Assembly: GCA_963703225.1 (NCBI GenBank)
Contig: OY969801.1
Location: 1,216,001-1,280,000 of the forward strand
Direction: 5' to 3'
Source: Candidatus Eiseniibacteriota bacterium
GTDB lineage: Bacteria > Eisenbacteria > RBG-16-71-46 > SZUA-252
DNA length: 64,000 nucleotides
The notes beneath the pieces were generated by a model, which worked only from the letters and a program-made list of their open reading frames with translations, ran no database searches and was not told the DNA's origin. Below, one piece after another: positions 54,991 through 64,000 of the stretch. Both the position numbers and the translations under genes were made by a program. How positions within the stretch are numbered: the first letter of the stretch is position 1; every line of letters starts with the position of its first letter.

Positions 54991-57309
54991 GTGCTCAGCG
55001 CAATCGCGGGGCGCACGCGCTCCGTTCCGGGGCGGGAGCGGGTCCTTGGGCTCGCGCCGCATTCGCGTCTCGAGTCGGCGCGCCAGGCTCAGGCGCTCTA
55101 CGCCGATCTGCTCTCCCTGGAGGGCGCGGCCGATCCGCCGCCGGCGGCGGCGCCGCCCGATATCCGCCAGGAGCTGGAGCGCCTCGGCATGGAGGGGGCG
55201 ACCCTTCGTGGCGACGAGCTCTGGCACATCGAGGCTCTGCTCGCGCAGGTGGCCGCGTTCACGGTTTGGTATCGGAAGGGGGAGCGGGAAATCCCGGGCC
55301 TGGTGGCGCTCCTGGATGGCCTCGATCCGCTCGATCCGCTCCACCGCGAGCTCCTCCGCTCGCTCGAGCCGTCGGGAGAAGTTCGAGATGATGCGAGCGC
55401 CGATCTCGCGAGAATCAGGCGGGCGATCCGCGCGCTCCAGTCGCGGCTTGCGTCCAAGTTGGAGTCGCTCCTCCGCTCGCTGGCGAGCCCGGAGAGCTTC
55501 GTCACGCTGCGGGAGGGCCGGTACGTGATCGCGATTCCGTCGGGCCAGCGCCGGAGCGTTCCCGGCACGATCGTGGGCCATTCGGGATCGGGCGCCAGCG
55601 TGTTCGTCGAGCCCCGCGAAGCGGCGGACGGGAACAGCGAGCTGGCCGAGCACGCCCTGGACGAGGCGCGGGAGGTGGAGCGCGTCCTCCGGGAGCTGAG
55701 CGCGCGCGCCAGGCGCGAGCACCCCGCGCTGGAGAGGAATTTTGCCGCGCTGGCGCGGCTCGACGCGGCGCAGGCCGTTGCCGCTTGGGCGACGGACGCC
55801 AAGGCCTCGCTCCCCGATCTCATCGAGGACCGGGCCCTTCGCATCCGTGGAGGCCGGCACCCCATCCTGGTCGAGCGGCACCGGAAAGGGGAGAGCGCGG
55901 AGCCGATTCCGCTCGACCTGGAGCTCACCGAGGAAACGCCCATGCTCCTGATCACGGGTCCCAACATGGGCGGAAAGACGGTGGCGATGAAGACGGTCGG
56001 GCTCCTTTCGCTATTGGCAATGACGGGGCTACCCGTCCCGGCCGCGTCGGGGACGAGGCTCCCGTGGTTCGACCGCGTGATCTGCGACATCGGGGACGAG
56101 CAATCGATACTCTCGGACGTGAGCACGTTTCTCTCGCACTTGCGCCGGGTCTCCGAAGCGATCGGCAAAGCCACGCGCCAGAGCCTCGTGCTCCTCGACG
56201 AGCTGGGTTCGGGGACCGATCCCATCGAGGGGGCCGCGCTGGGGCAGGCGGTGCTGGAGACGCTCCTGGCCCGGGGCGCGCTCTGCGTCGCGACGACCCA
56301 CCACGGCATGCTGAAAACGTTCGCGCAGGAGAGCCCGGGAGTGGAAAACGCCTCGATGGAATATGACGAGGCGACCCTCCGTCCGCGCTTCCGGCTCATC
56401 GTTGGCGTGCCGGGGCGGAGCCGGGCGATCCAGGTGGCGGAGCGGTACGGAATGGACTCGAAGGTGCTCGACCGGGCCCGCGCTCTGCTCCCCCAAGGAG
56501 AGCGGGATCTCGACCGCCTCCTGGAAGAGCTGGGGCGGCTGCGGGAGGACGCGAGGGAAGAGCGGATCAATCTGGAGCGGACGCGGGCGGAATTGGCCTC
56601 GCGCGAATCGGAGCTCCGCGAAGCGCGGGATCACCTCGAAGCCGAGCGGAAGGAGCGAAAGCAGTCGGAGCTCTCCGCGCGCCGAGAGCTCCTGCGCCAG
56701 CTCGAAGCCCAGATCGACGACTACCGAAAGAAGCTCAAGACCGAGAAGAAGGCGACCCAGGCGACGCTTCAGGAAGCGCGGGGCCTCGCGAAGGGACTTT
56801 CGGACGAGATCGAGAGCGAAGCTGGCCGGGAGCGTCCCGAGGCGCCGGTGGGAACCCCGGTCGTGACCGTGAGCCCCGGGGACCCGGTTTACCTACCTTC
56901 GCTCGGCGCGCACGCGACCGCGCTGACGGCGCCGGGGGCGGATGGGCGGGTTCGGGTAAAGATCGGCGGCGCGACCGCGGTTCTTCCCTTGGCCGATCTA
57001 CGCCGCGTCGATCGGGCGGAACAGCAGGGCCCGCCGGCGCGGAGGATGCACGCGGAGATCTCAGACGTGAAGAACGAGATCGACGTACGCGGATTTGAGG
57101 CGGACGACGCGATCCAGGCGGTGGAGCGCTTTCTGGAAAACGCCCACGTGGGAGGGATCGGAATGGCTCGCATCATTCACGGGAAGGGGAAGGGGATTCT
57201 GCGCGAGCGGATGAAGCATTGGCTCCAGGGGAACTCGCTCGTGAAGGAGCACCGCTTGGGAGAGCTGGGAGAGGGGGGGACCGGCGTCACCATCGTGACG
57301 CTGGCCTGA
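54991..57309 (+). CDS. mutS2: MutS2 endonuclease / ribosome-collision factor (true start probably further upstream)
   Basis: ITGPNMGGKT, DIGDEQS, STF, LLDELGSGTDP, TTH, coiled coil, Smr domain (IIHGKGKG, GGTGVT). Confidence 0.94.
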   Translation: MLSAIAGRTRSVPGRERVLGLAPHSRLESARQAQALYADLLSLEGAADPPPAAAPPDIRQELERLGMEGATLRGDELWHIEALLAQVAAFTVWYRKGEREIPGLVALLDGLDPLDPLHRELLRSLEPSGEVRDDASADLARIRRAIRALQSRLASKLESLLRSLASPESFVTLREGRYVIAIPSGQRRSVPGTIVGHSGSGASVFVEPREAADGNSELAEHALDEAREVERVLRELSARARREHPALERNFAALARLDAAQAVAAWATDAKASLPDLIEDRALRIRGGRHPILVERHRKGESAEPIPLDLELTEETPMLLITGPNMGGKTVAMKTVGLLSLLAMTGLPVPAASGTRLPWFDRVICDIGDEQSILSDVSTFLSHLRRVSEAIGKATRQSLVLLDELGSGTDPIEGAALGQAVLETLLARGALCVATTHHGMLKTFAQESPGVENASMEYDEATLRPRFRLIVGVPGRSRAIQVAERYGMDSKVLDRARALLPQGERDLDRLLEELGRLREDAREERINLERTRAELASRESELREARDHLEAERKERKQSELSARRELLRQLEAQIDDYRKKLKTEKKATQATLQEARGLAKGLSDEIESEAGRERPEAPVGTPVVTVSPGDPVYLPSLGAHATALTAPGADGRVRVKIGGATAVLPLADLRRVDRAEQQGPPARRMHAEISDVKNEIDVRGFEADDAIQAVERFLENAHVGGIGMARIIHGKGKGILRERMKHWLQGNSLVKEHRLGELGEGGTGVTIVTLA

Positions 57310-57310
57310 C

Positions 57311-59173
57311 ATGACAGGTCGAACCGCGGAAGAGGCCAAGGAAGAGGTCCGGAACGCCTCCGACATCGTCGCGATCGTCGGCGAGCGCGTGCCGCTCCGG
57401 CGAATGGGGCGCGCGTGGAAGGGGCTCTGCCCGTTCCACACCGAGAGGACGCCCTCCTTCACGGTCAACCCCGAACGCCAGATCTGGCACTGCTTCGGTT
57501 GCGATCGGGGCGGCGACGTCTTCTCGTTTCTCATGGAGATCGACAAGGTGACGTTTCCGGAAGCGCTCGCGATCCTGGCCGAGCGCGCGGGGGTGGAGCT
57601 GCCCCGCGCCGGATCGGGGGCGGGCGACGCCAAGCGGGACCGGCTCTACCAGGCGAACGCTTTGGCGAACGATTTCTTCAAAGCCAACCTCCGCTCGCCG
57701 GCCGGAGCGAAGGCGCGCGACTATCTGGCAGGACGCGGCTTTGACGAAGTCGTGCTCGACCGGTTCCAGGTTGGATGGGCCCCGGAGGGTTGGGAAGCGC
57801 TCGCGACGACGCTGGGCAAGCTGCTCCCGGGGGGCGTCCTCGAGGAGGCAGGGCTCGTCGCCCGCCGCGGGGACGGAACCTATTACGATCGGTTCCGAGA
57901 CCGGGTCACCTTTCCCATCGAGGCGTCGGCCGGCCGGGTGGCTGGCTTCGGCGCCAGGGCTCTCGGTCCCGACCAAACGCCCAAGTACATCAACTCTCCC
58001 GAGTCCGCGGTCTATCGAAAAGGGGGGCTCCTGTTTGGGCTCCCCCTCGCGAGGCAGGGGATCCGGCAGATGAAGCGGGTACTGGTCGCGGAAGGGTACC
58101 TGGACGCCATGAGGCTCCACGCCGCCGGATTTCCCAACTCGATCTGCACGTGCGGCACGGCGCTCACCCCCGACCAGGCGCGGGCGCTGGCGCGGTTCGA
58201 TGTGGAGGTGCTTCTGGTCTACGACGGCGACGACGCTGGGGTCCGCGCAGCCGATCGCGCGCTCGATGCGCTTCTTTCGGCGGGCATCGATGTGCGGGTC
58301 CTGATCCTCCCGGACGGAGAGGATCCCGATTCCTACATCGTGAAGCATGGCGCCGCTGCCTTCTCAGCCCTGGTCGAGGGGGCAGGGGACGCGGCGGCGT
58401 TCCTGGCCAGCGCGAGCCTGGCGAGGGGCGATTCGAACCCAACGTCGGAAGCTCGTGTACGGCGGTATGTCGAGCTCCTGGGCCGGGTGGACGACCCCAT
58501 CCGGAGGCGGATGATGATCCGCCGGGGGGCGGTCACCTTCGGCCTTGAGGAGGACGTGCTCGTCGAGGCGCTCTCCAAGCGTCGAGGGCGGAGGCCGTCG
58601 GCAGCCAGGGCCAAGGAGTCGTTTACCGGTCAGGGGGATTTGACCGGCCGAGCCGAGCGAGGTGGCACATCCCCCGTAACAGGCGAGGGGATCCGGGGCG
58701 GGTCTCCGCGTCGGATGGACGAGAGCCCCGAGGCACTCGATCCGGTGGAGAGGGAGCTGGCCGCGCGCTGTTTGACGGAGGAGGGCGCCGTCCTGGAGGT
58801 GGTGGCGCGCGGCGGAGTTAACTGCTTTAGAAATAGGGCGTTACAGGGGCTCCTTCGATCCTGGATCGAGATGGCGCGGGCGCCCCTGCCCGACGAGATT
58901 CGGGCCCTGATCGATTTGGAGCCACTGGCCAGATCCCTCCTCGCGGAACAGGCGGTGGAAGAGGGTCGTACGGACGAGATGTCACGCCGAGGCGCCCGGG
59001 AGCTTCTCCAGCGACTGGAGGAGAGGCGGCTCCGGGCCAGCATCCAGGATCTGGACCGCGCCATCCGCCAGGCGGAGGGCACCCAGGACTCGGGTTCCCT
59101 GGACCGGCTTGTGGCCGAACGACGGGATCTTGCATCCAAGCTACATAGTAGAAACCACCCCGCGGGTCCCTAG
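57311..59173 (+). CDS. dnaG: DNA primase
   Basis: [38 protein letters not shown]. Confidence 0.97.
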   Translation: MTGRTAEEAKEEVRNASDIVAIVGERVPLRRMGRAWKGLCPFHTERTPSFTVNPERQIWHCFGCDRGGDVFSFLMEIDKVTFPEALAILAERAGVELPRAGSGAGDAKRDRLYQANALANDFFKANLRSPAGAKARDYLAGRGFDEVVLDRFQVGWAPEGWEALATTLGKLLPGGVLEEAGLVARRGDGTYYDRFRDRVTFPIEASAGRVAGFGARALGPDQTPKYINSPESAVYRKGGLLFGLPLARQGIRQMKRVLVAEGYLDAMRLHAAGFPNSICTCGTALTPDQARALARFDVEVLLVYDGDDAGVRAADRALDALLSAGIDVRVLILPDGEDPDSYIVKHGAAAFSALVEGAGDAAAFLASASLARGDSNPTSEARVRRYVELLGRVDDPIRRRMMIRRGAVTFGLEEDVLVEALSKRRGRRPSAARAKESFTGQGDLTGRAERGGTSPVTGEGIRGGSPRRMDESPEALDPVERELAARCLTEEGAVLEVVARGGVNCFRNRALQGLLRSWIEMARAPLPDEIRALIDLEPLARSLLAEQAVEEGRTDEMSRRGARELLQRLEERRLRASIQDLDRAIRQAEGTQDSGSLDRLVAERRDLASKLHSRNHPAGP

Positions 59174-59217
59174 GACTAGGGTGGGGTCCCCGACACAAGA
59201 AAAGGAGACGTCGACGG

Positions 59218-60963
59218 ATGAAGCGTGAGAAGACGGACCGCTTTCACGATCTGAAAGTGCTGGCCGGGAAGCAGCTGTACCTCCTCCACGATCAGATCGA
59301 GACGTTCCTGGACGAGAGCGCGTCCGTCGAGGACATGGACGAGGTCTACATCGCCCTGAACGACCTCAAGGTCGACGTCTTCGACACCCACGAGGAAGCG
59401 CAGCAGAAGCTGAAGCTGAAGCGGCGCGAGGAGAAGCGGCCCGCCGAGAAGCAGGTTCTCCCGCACCCGATGCGTTATGACGACCCGGTCCGCATGTACC
59501 TGCGGGAGATGGGGCGCGTGCCGCTTCTGGACCGCGAGGGCGAAGTGGAGATCGCCAAGCGGATCAAGGCGGGCGAGCGGCAGATCTGCACGGCGCTCTT
59601 CCGCTCCACGCCGATCATGAAGGAGCTGATCGGCCTCGGCACGAAGCTGAAGCAGGGGAAGGTCCGCGTGGAAGAGTTCACGCAGATCGACTTCGGAAAC
59701 TGGAATCCCGAATTCTCGCCCAAACGGGAGCGGGCGCGGGTGCTCAAGTCGATGGATCGCGTCCGCACGCTCCACGGCAAGCTGCTCAAGCTCCAAGAAC
59801 GGTCGGTGGGCCGTCTCTCGGAGGAGAAGCGCCGGACGCACCACGAAAAGGTGCGCCTCGCCGATGAGGAGCTCCTCAAGGAGCTCTACCTGCTCAGCGT
59901 GAACAACAAGCTGATCGACCGGCTCGCCGAGCGCATGAAGGCGCTCTCCAAGAAGGTCGAGGAGGCCGAGTCCGACGTCACGACGATGGAGTGGAGTTGG
60001 GGACGGTCCAGCGACCAGATCCACAACATGATCAAGAGGATCAAGAAGAGCCGGAAGGAAGCAAAGCAGATCGAGAGGGAGACGGGGCTCAAGCCGACCG
60101 ATCTCGACACCTACGTGGTGGAGCTCAAGAACGCGCGCCGCAAGGTGCGCCGCATCGAGATCGAAGGGAAGATGTCTCGGGAACAGATCCGCGAGGTCGC
60201 GACCGAGATCCGCTCCGGCGAGATCGCCCGCGACAAGGCGAAGCGCGAGATGATCGAGGCGAACGTGCGGCTCGTGATCTCGATCGCCAAGCGCTACACG
60301 AACCGCGGGCTCGAGTTCCTCGACCTGATCCAGGAGGGCAACTCCGGCCTCATGCGCGCGGTCGACAAGTTCGACTACCGCAAGGGCTACAAGTTCTCGA
60401 CCTACGCCACCTGGTGGATCCGCCAGGCCATCACCCGCGCGATCGCCGACCAGGCGCGGACGATCCGCGTGCCGGTGCACATGATCGAGGCGATCAACAA
60501 GGTCGTCCGCACGTCGCGCCGGCTGGTGCAGGAGCTGGGCCGCGAGCCGACCCCCGAGGAGATCGCGGAGAAGCTCACGCTGCCGGTGGACAAGATCAAG
60601 AGCGTGCTGAAGGCCGCGCAGGAGCCGATCTCGCTCGACCGTCCGATCGGCGAGGACGACGACTCCAACCTGGGCGACTTCATCGAGGACACGAGCGTGA
60701 TCTCGCCGGCGCAGGCCGCGGCGTTCTCGATGCTGAAGGACGAGGTGAACGAGGTGCTCGAAACCCTGAGCAAGCGCGAGGCGAAGGTGATCCGTCTGCG
60801 CTTCGGACTCACCGAGGACGGCTGCCCGCGCACGCTGGAGGAGGTGGGCGCCACGTTCAACGTGACGCGCGAGCGAATCCGGCAGATCGAGGCGAAGGCG
60901 CTGCGCAAGCTGCGCCATCCGACGCGCAGCCGGCGCCTCAAGGGCTACGTGGAGATGATGTGA
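59218..60963 (+). CDS. rpoD: RNA polymerase primary sigma factor
   Basis: [55 protein letters not shown]. Confidence 0.98.
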   Translation: MKREKTDRFHDLKVLAGKQLYLLHDQIETFLDESASVEDMDEVYIALNDLKVDVFDTHEEAQQKLKLKRREEKRPAEKQVLPHPMRYDDPVRMYLREMGRVPLLDREGEVEIAKRIKAGERQICTALFRSTPIMKELIGLGTKLKQGKVRVEEFTQIDFGNWNPEFSPKRERARVLKSMDRVRTLHGKLLKLQERSVGRLSEEKRRTHHEKVRLADEELLKELYLLSVNNKLIDRLAERMKALSKKVEEAESDVTTMEWSWGRSSDQIHNMIKRIKKSRKEAKQIERETGLKPTDLDTYVVELKNARRKVRRIEIEGKMSREQIREVATEIRSGEIARDKAKREMIEANVRLVISIAKRYTNRGLEFLDLIQEGNSGLMRAVDKFDYRKGYKFSTYATWWIRQAITRAIADQARTIRVPVHMIEAINKVVRTSRRLVQELGREPTPEEIAEKLTLPVDKIKSVLKAAQEPISLDRPIGEDDDSNLGDFIEDTSVISPAQAAAFSMLKDEVNEVLETLSKREAKVIRLRFGLTEDGCPRTLEEVGATFNVTRERIRQIEAKALRKLRHPTRSRRLKGYVEMM

Positions 60964-61047
60964 GAGGGACGGGCGGCTTGACCCTCCCGACTGGCGGGTG
61001 GTACGTTCCGCGTTCGCGGTCCGCGGCAAGAACCAAGAGAGGCATCC

Positions 61048-61120
61048 GGGCCCATAGCTCAGTGGTGAGAGCACCCGGCTCATAACCGGTCGGTCCTTGG
61101 TTCAAGTCCAAGTGGGCCCA
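61048..61120 (+). tRNA. tRNA with CAT anticodon, probably tRNA-Ile2 (lysidine); CCA not encoded
   Basis: GGGCCCA/TGGGCCC acceptor, CTCATAA loop, no initiator features, located after rpoD. Confidence 0.85.
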
Positions 61121-61187
61121 GTTGCCACACCCATTCCATCTCTTCGCTTCGCGGGGCGGACCGTCCCCGCGCTTGATCGATCACCGG

Positions 61188-61263
61188 GGGCGGTTAGCTC
61201 AGTTGGGAGAGCGCTGGTATCACAAGCCAGAGGTCGCAGGTTCAATCCCTGCACCGCCCACCA
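61188..61263 (+). tRNA. tRNA-Val(CAC)
   Basis: GGGCGGT/ACCGCCC acceptor, CTGGT-ATCACAA-GCCAG anticodon arm, encoded CCA. Confidence 0.93.
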
Positions 61264-61379
61264 CGCGCCCGGCGCCAACCCTGTCCCTCATCGGGAGGGG
61301 CTCGGCCAAACCCGGGCCCCGTCGCCCTTCGCGGGGAGCGCGCTTCGGCGCGCTCCCCGTTTTTCTTTGGAGGTAGCCG

Positions 61380-62096
61380 TTGCTGCCTGAGCTCGACGCA
61401 CTCCTCGCGCTCCAGCGTCAGGACACGCTGCTCCTAGAAACGAGGCGCCAGAAGGAGGGGATTCCCCGCCGGCGCGACGCCCTGAAGGGCGCGGTCGACG
61501 GCGCGCGCTCGGCGCTCGATCAATCGAAGAAGGATCTGGAGCAGGCCCGTCTCGCTCGCCGCACCGTGGAGAAGGAGGTCGAGACATTTTCCGCGGAGGC
61601 GAACAAGCTCGAGCGACAGCTCCACGACGTCAAGACGAACAAGGAGTACCAGGCGTTGCTGCACGAAATCGAGCTCATCAAGAGCAAGCGATCGGACCAC
61701 GAGACGAAGATCCTCGAGTCGTTCGACCGGGAAGAGAGGCTGACCGCCTCGGTCGCCGCGGCGGAGCGGCGCCTCAAGGATGATGAGGGGCGGCTGCGCG
61801 AAGGGGAGGAGACCCTCGCACGCGAGGACGCGGCGCTGGAGCAGCGGCTCCACTCGCTCTCCCAGGATCGAGATGCCGTCAAGCCTCGGGTGCCGCCGAC
61901 CCTCCTCAGTCGATACGATCGACTCCTCGGGGCCCGCGACGGCGTCGCCGTGGCGGAGGTGAGGAAGGGAGCCTGCGGCGCCTGCTTCAAGTCGCTCACC
62001 CCCCACGCGCTCCAGGAGGCGCGGCGGGGCGATCAGGTGAAGATGTGCGAAGCCTGCGGCCGCATCCTCATCTGGGTGGAGACGGCCCCCTCCTAG
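61380..62096 (+). CDS. Coiled-coil protein with C4 zinc ribbon (DUF164 / HP0958-like)
   Basis: KTNKEYQAL, CGAC...CEACGRIL. Confidence 0.88.
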   Translation: MLPELDALLALQRQDTLLLETRRQKEGIPRRRDALKGAVDGARSALDQSKKDLEQARLARRTVEKEVETFSAEANKLERQLHDVKTNKEYQALLHEIELIKSKRSDHETKILESFDREERLTASVAAAERRLKDDEGRLREGEETLAREDAALEQRLHSLSQDRDAVKPRVPPTLLSRYDRLLGARDGVAVAEVRKGACGACFKSLTPHALQEARRGDQVKMCEACGRILIWVETAPS

Positions 62097-62138
62097 ACCC
62101 GTCCCACCTCGTCGCCACCGGACAACGGAGAATCTGCC

Positions 62139-63911
62139 ATCGGAGCCCTGCGTCACCTTCTTCCCGTACCTGAAGCGGCACAAGACCGCCCTCGTGTTCG
62201 GCACGGCTCTCCGTCCTGCTCACGAACTTGTTCCAGGTCTGGTCTCCCTGGCTGGTGCGCCAGGCGGTCGACCACCTGCAGGCGGGCGTTGCGATGGTGA
62301 GGATCGCGAGGGACGCGGGGCTCATCCTCCTGGCGGTCGTGCTCCAGGGCGTCTTCCTCTTCACCATGCGGATGACGCTCATCCGCGCCTCGCGCCGCAT
62401 CGAGTACGAGCTTCGCAACGACCTCTTCGACCACTTCGCCCGGCTCCCGGCCAGCGCCTATCGGACGCGGAAGGTGGGCGACCTGATGTCGCGGGCGACC
62501 AACGATCTCGATGCCGTACGGAATTTTCTCGGCCCGGGCATCATGTACTTCGCCAACACCATCGTGACGTTCGTGATGGCCGTGACGCTCATGTGCCGGA
62601 TCGACGCTCGGCTCACTTTGATCGCGCTGATCCCGCTTCCGATCCTCTCCTTGGTGGTGGCCCGCCTGGGTGCGCAGCTCCACCACTTCTACGAGGAGAT
62701 CCAGGCCTCGTTCGCGGCCCTGACGGCGAAAGCGCAGGAGACGCTCGCGGGGATTCGGGTGGTGAAGGCGCATGTGGAGGAGGAAGGCGAGTACCGGGCC
62801 TTTCAAACGCTCCATGAGGACTACCTCGAGAAGAACCGCGGGATGGTGCGGATTTGGGCGGCGATGGGAGGGCTCCTCTCCCTGCTCGGGGGGATCGCGG
62901 CCGCCATCGTTCTCTGGGTCGGTGGCAGCGCGGTCGTTTCGGGAAGGATCACGCTGGGCGAGATGGTGGCGTTCCAGATCTACCTGTCGATGCTCCTCTG
63001 GCCGATGATCGCGCTGGGGTGGGTCTCGAATCTGTTTCAACGGGGCGCCGCGTCGATGTCGAGAATTCGGGCCATCATCGACCTCCCGGCGGAGGAAGAC
63101 GTGGCGCGCGACGGGAGCGGAACGGGGGTGGCCGTGAGGGAGACCATCCCGACCATGGACGCGACCGTCGAGCTCCGCGGCGTGGGCTTTCGCTACCCGG
63201 AGACCGATCGACTCGTGCTTCGCGGCGTCGATCTGACGCTCCAACCGGGGGAGACGGTCGCGGTGGTGGGCCGGACCGGCTCCGGAAAGACGACGCTTTT
63301 GAACTTGATCGCGCGCCTCTACGAGCCGAGTGAGGGGACGGTGCTCGTAGGAGGAATTCCCGCCGAGCGCTGGCCGCGCGGGCTGCTGCGGCGCCGGTTC
63401 GGTATCGTGCCGCAGGAGACCTTCCTCTTCTCCGACACGATCCGCGCGAACATTGGCTTCGGCTTCGACGAGGGGGAGGCCCAGCCCGAAGCCGAGGAGG
63501 TCGCGCGCCGCGCCGGGCTTGGGCTCCGACCTGACCCAGTTCCCCCAGGGGCTCGACACGGTCATCGGAGAGCGGGGCATCACGCTCTCGGGCGGGCAGA
63601 AGCAGCGCGTCTCGCTGGCGCGCGCGCTGGCCCTCGAGCGGCCGGTTCTGCTCTTGGACGACGCCTTCGCGAACGTCGACCCTGGGACCGAGGAGCAAAT
63701 CCTCGACACGCTCTTTCGCCTGCCCCACCGCCCGTCGATCCTCCTCGCGACGCACCGGCGGTCGGCCCTGCTCCGCGCGAAGCGGATCGTGGTGCTCGAT
63801 GAAGGGCGGATCGTCGATTCCGGGTCGCATGAAGAGTTGATCGGACGGGGCGGTCTCTACGCCGATCTCTACCACCGCGAGGAAGTGGTGGAAGAGCTGG
63901 AGGCGCTCTAG
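62139..63911 (+). CDS. ABC exporter half-transporter, TMD-NBD (frameshifted near 62165-62215 and 63520)
   Basis: GDLMSRATNDL, GRTGSGKTT, VPQETFLFS, LSGGQKQR, LLLDD; start uncertain. Confidence 0.88.
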
Positions 63912-64000
63912 TGGCCGGTCCCTGGGGCTCCGCGGCCGACGACATCGACGCGCAGGGCGCGATCTACGATCAGCGTCTCGCGGGTCGGCTGCTGACGCTA
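63911..64000 (+). CDS. Probable second ABC half-transporter, 5' end (runs off window)
   Basis: GTG overlapping the upstream stop; YDQRLAGRLL resembles N-termini of heterodimer partners. Confidence 0.5.
   Translation, partial: MAGPWGSAADDIDAQGAIYDQRLAGRLLTL

Overview
High-GC diderm bacterial chromosome segment, almost entirely on the + strand. A Gemmatimonadota/Eisenbacteria-like lineage is my impression only. In order it holds: the end of a hut operon (hutU, hutI, bifunctional formiminotransferase-cyclodeaminase); TPR, PHP, ECF-S-like, beta-barrel and comEA genes; and a ~22 kb type IVa pilus locus. The pilus locus comprises pilB-pilT-pilC-pilS-pilR, three tandem major pilins, an ABC/TPR accessory module, pilD, three minor pilins, an oppositely oriented GT-C-like glycosyltransferase and pilMNOPQ, with four sigma54 promoters. 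Housekeeping genes follow: aroK, rsmD, coaD, icd-like, obgE, dprA, an acyltransferase, glmM, glmS, ridA, selD with tRNA-Sec, lepA-lepB-hemW, CIRCE-hrcA-grpE-dnaJ-rsmE, rpsU-mutS2-dnaG-rpoD, four other tRNAs and an ABC exporter pair. Many genes carry single-base frameshifts, probably consensus errors because they also hit essential genes. The best leads are: two pilin genes nearly identical in coding sequence but with unrelated flanks and separate promoters; a candidate pilin glycosylation module; minor pilins with degenerate processing sites; and a GAF sensor whose kinase module lacks its catalytic residues. No mobile elements or CRISPR arrays were seen. All family calls come from motif recognition by eye, without database searches.
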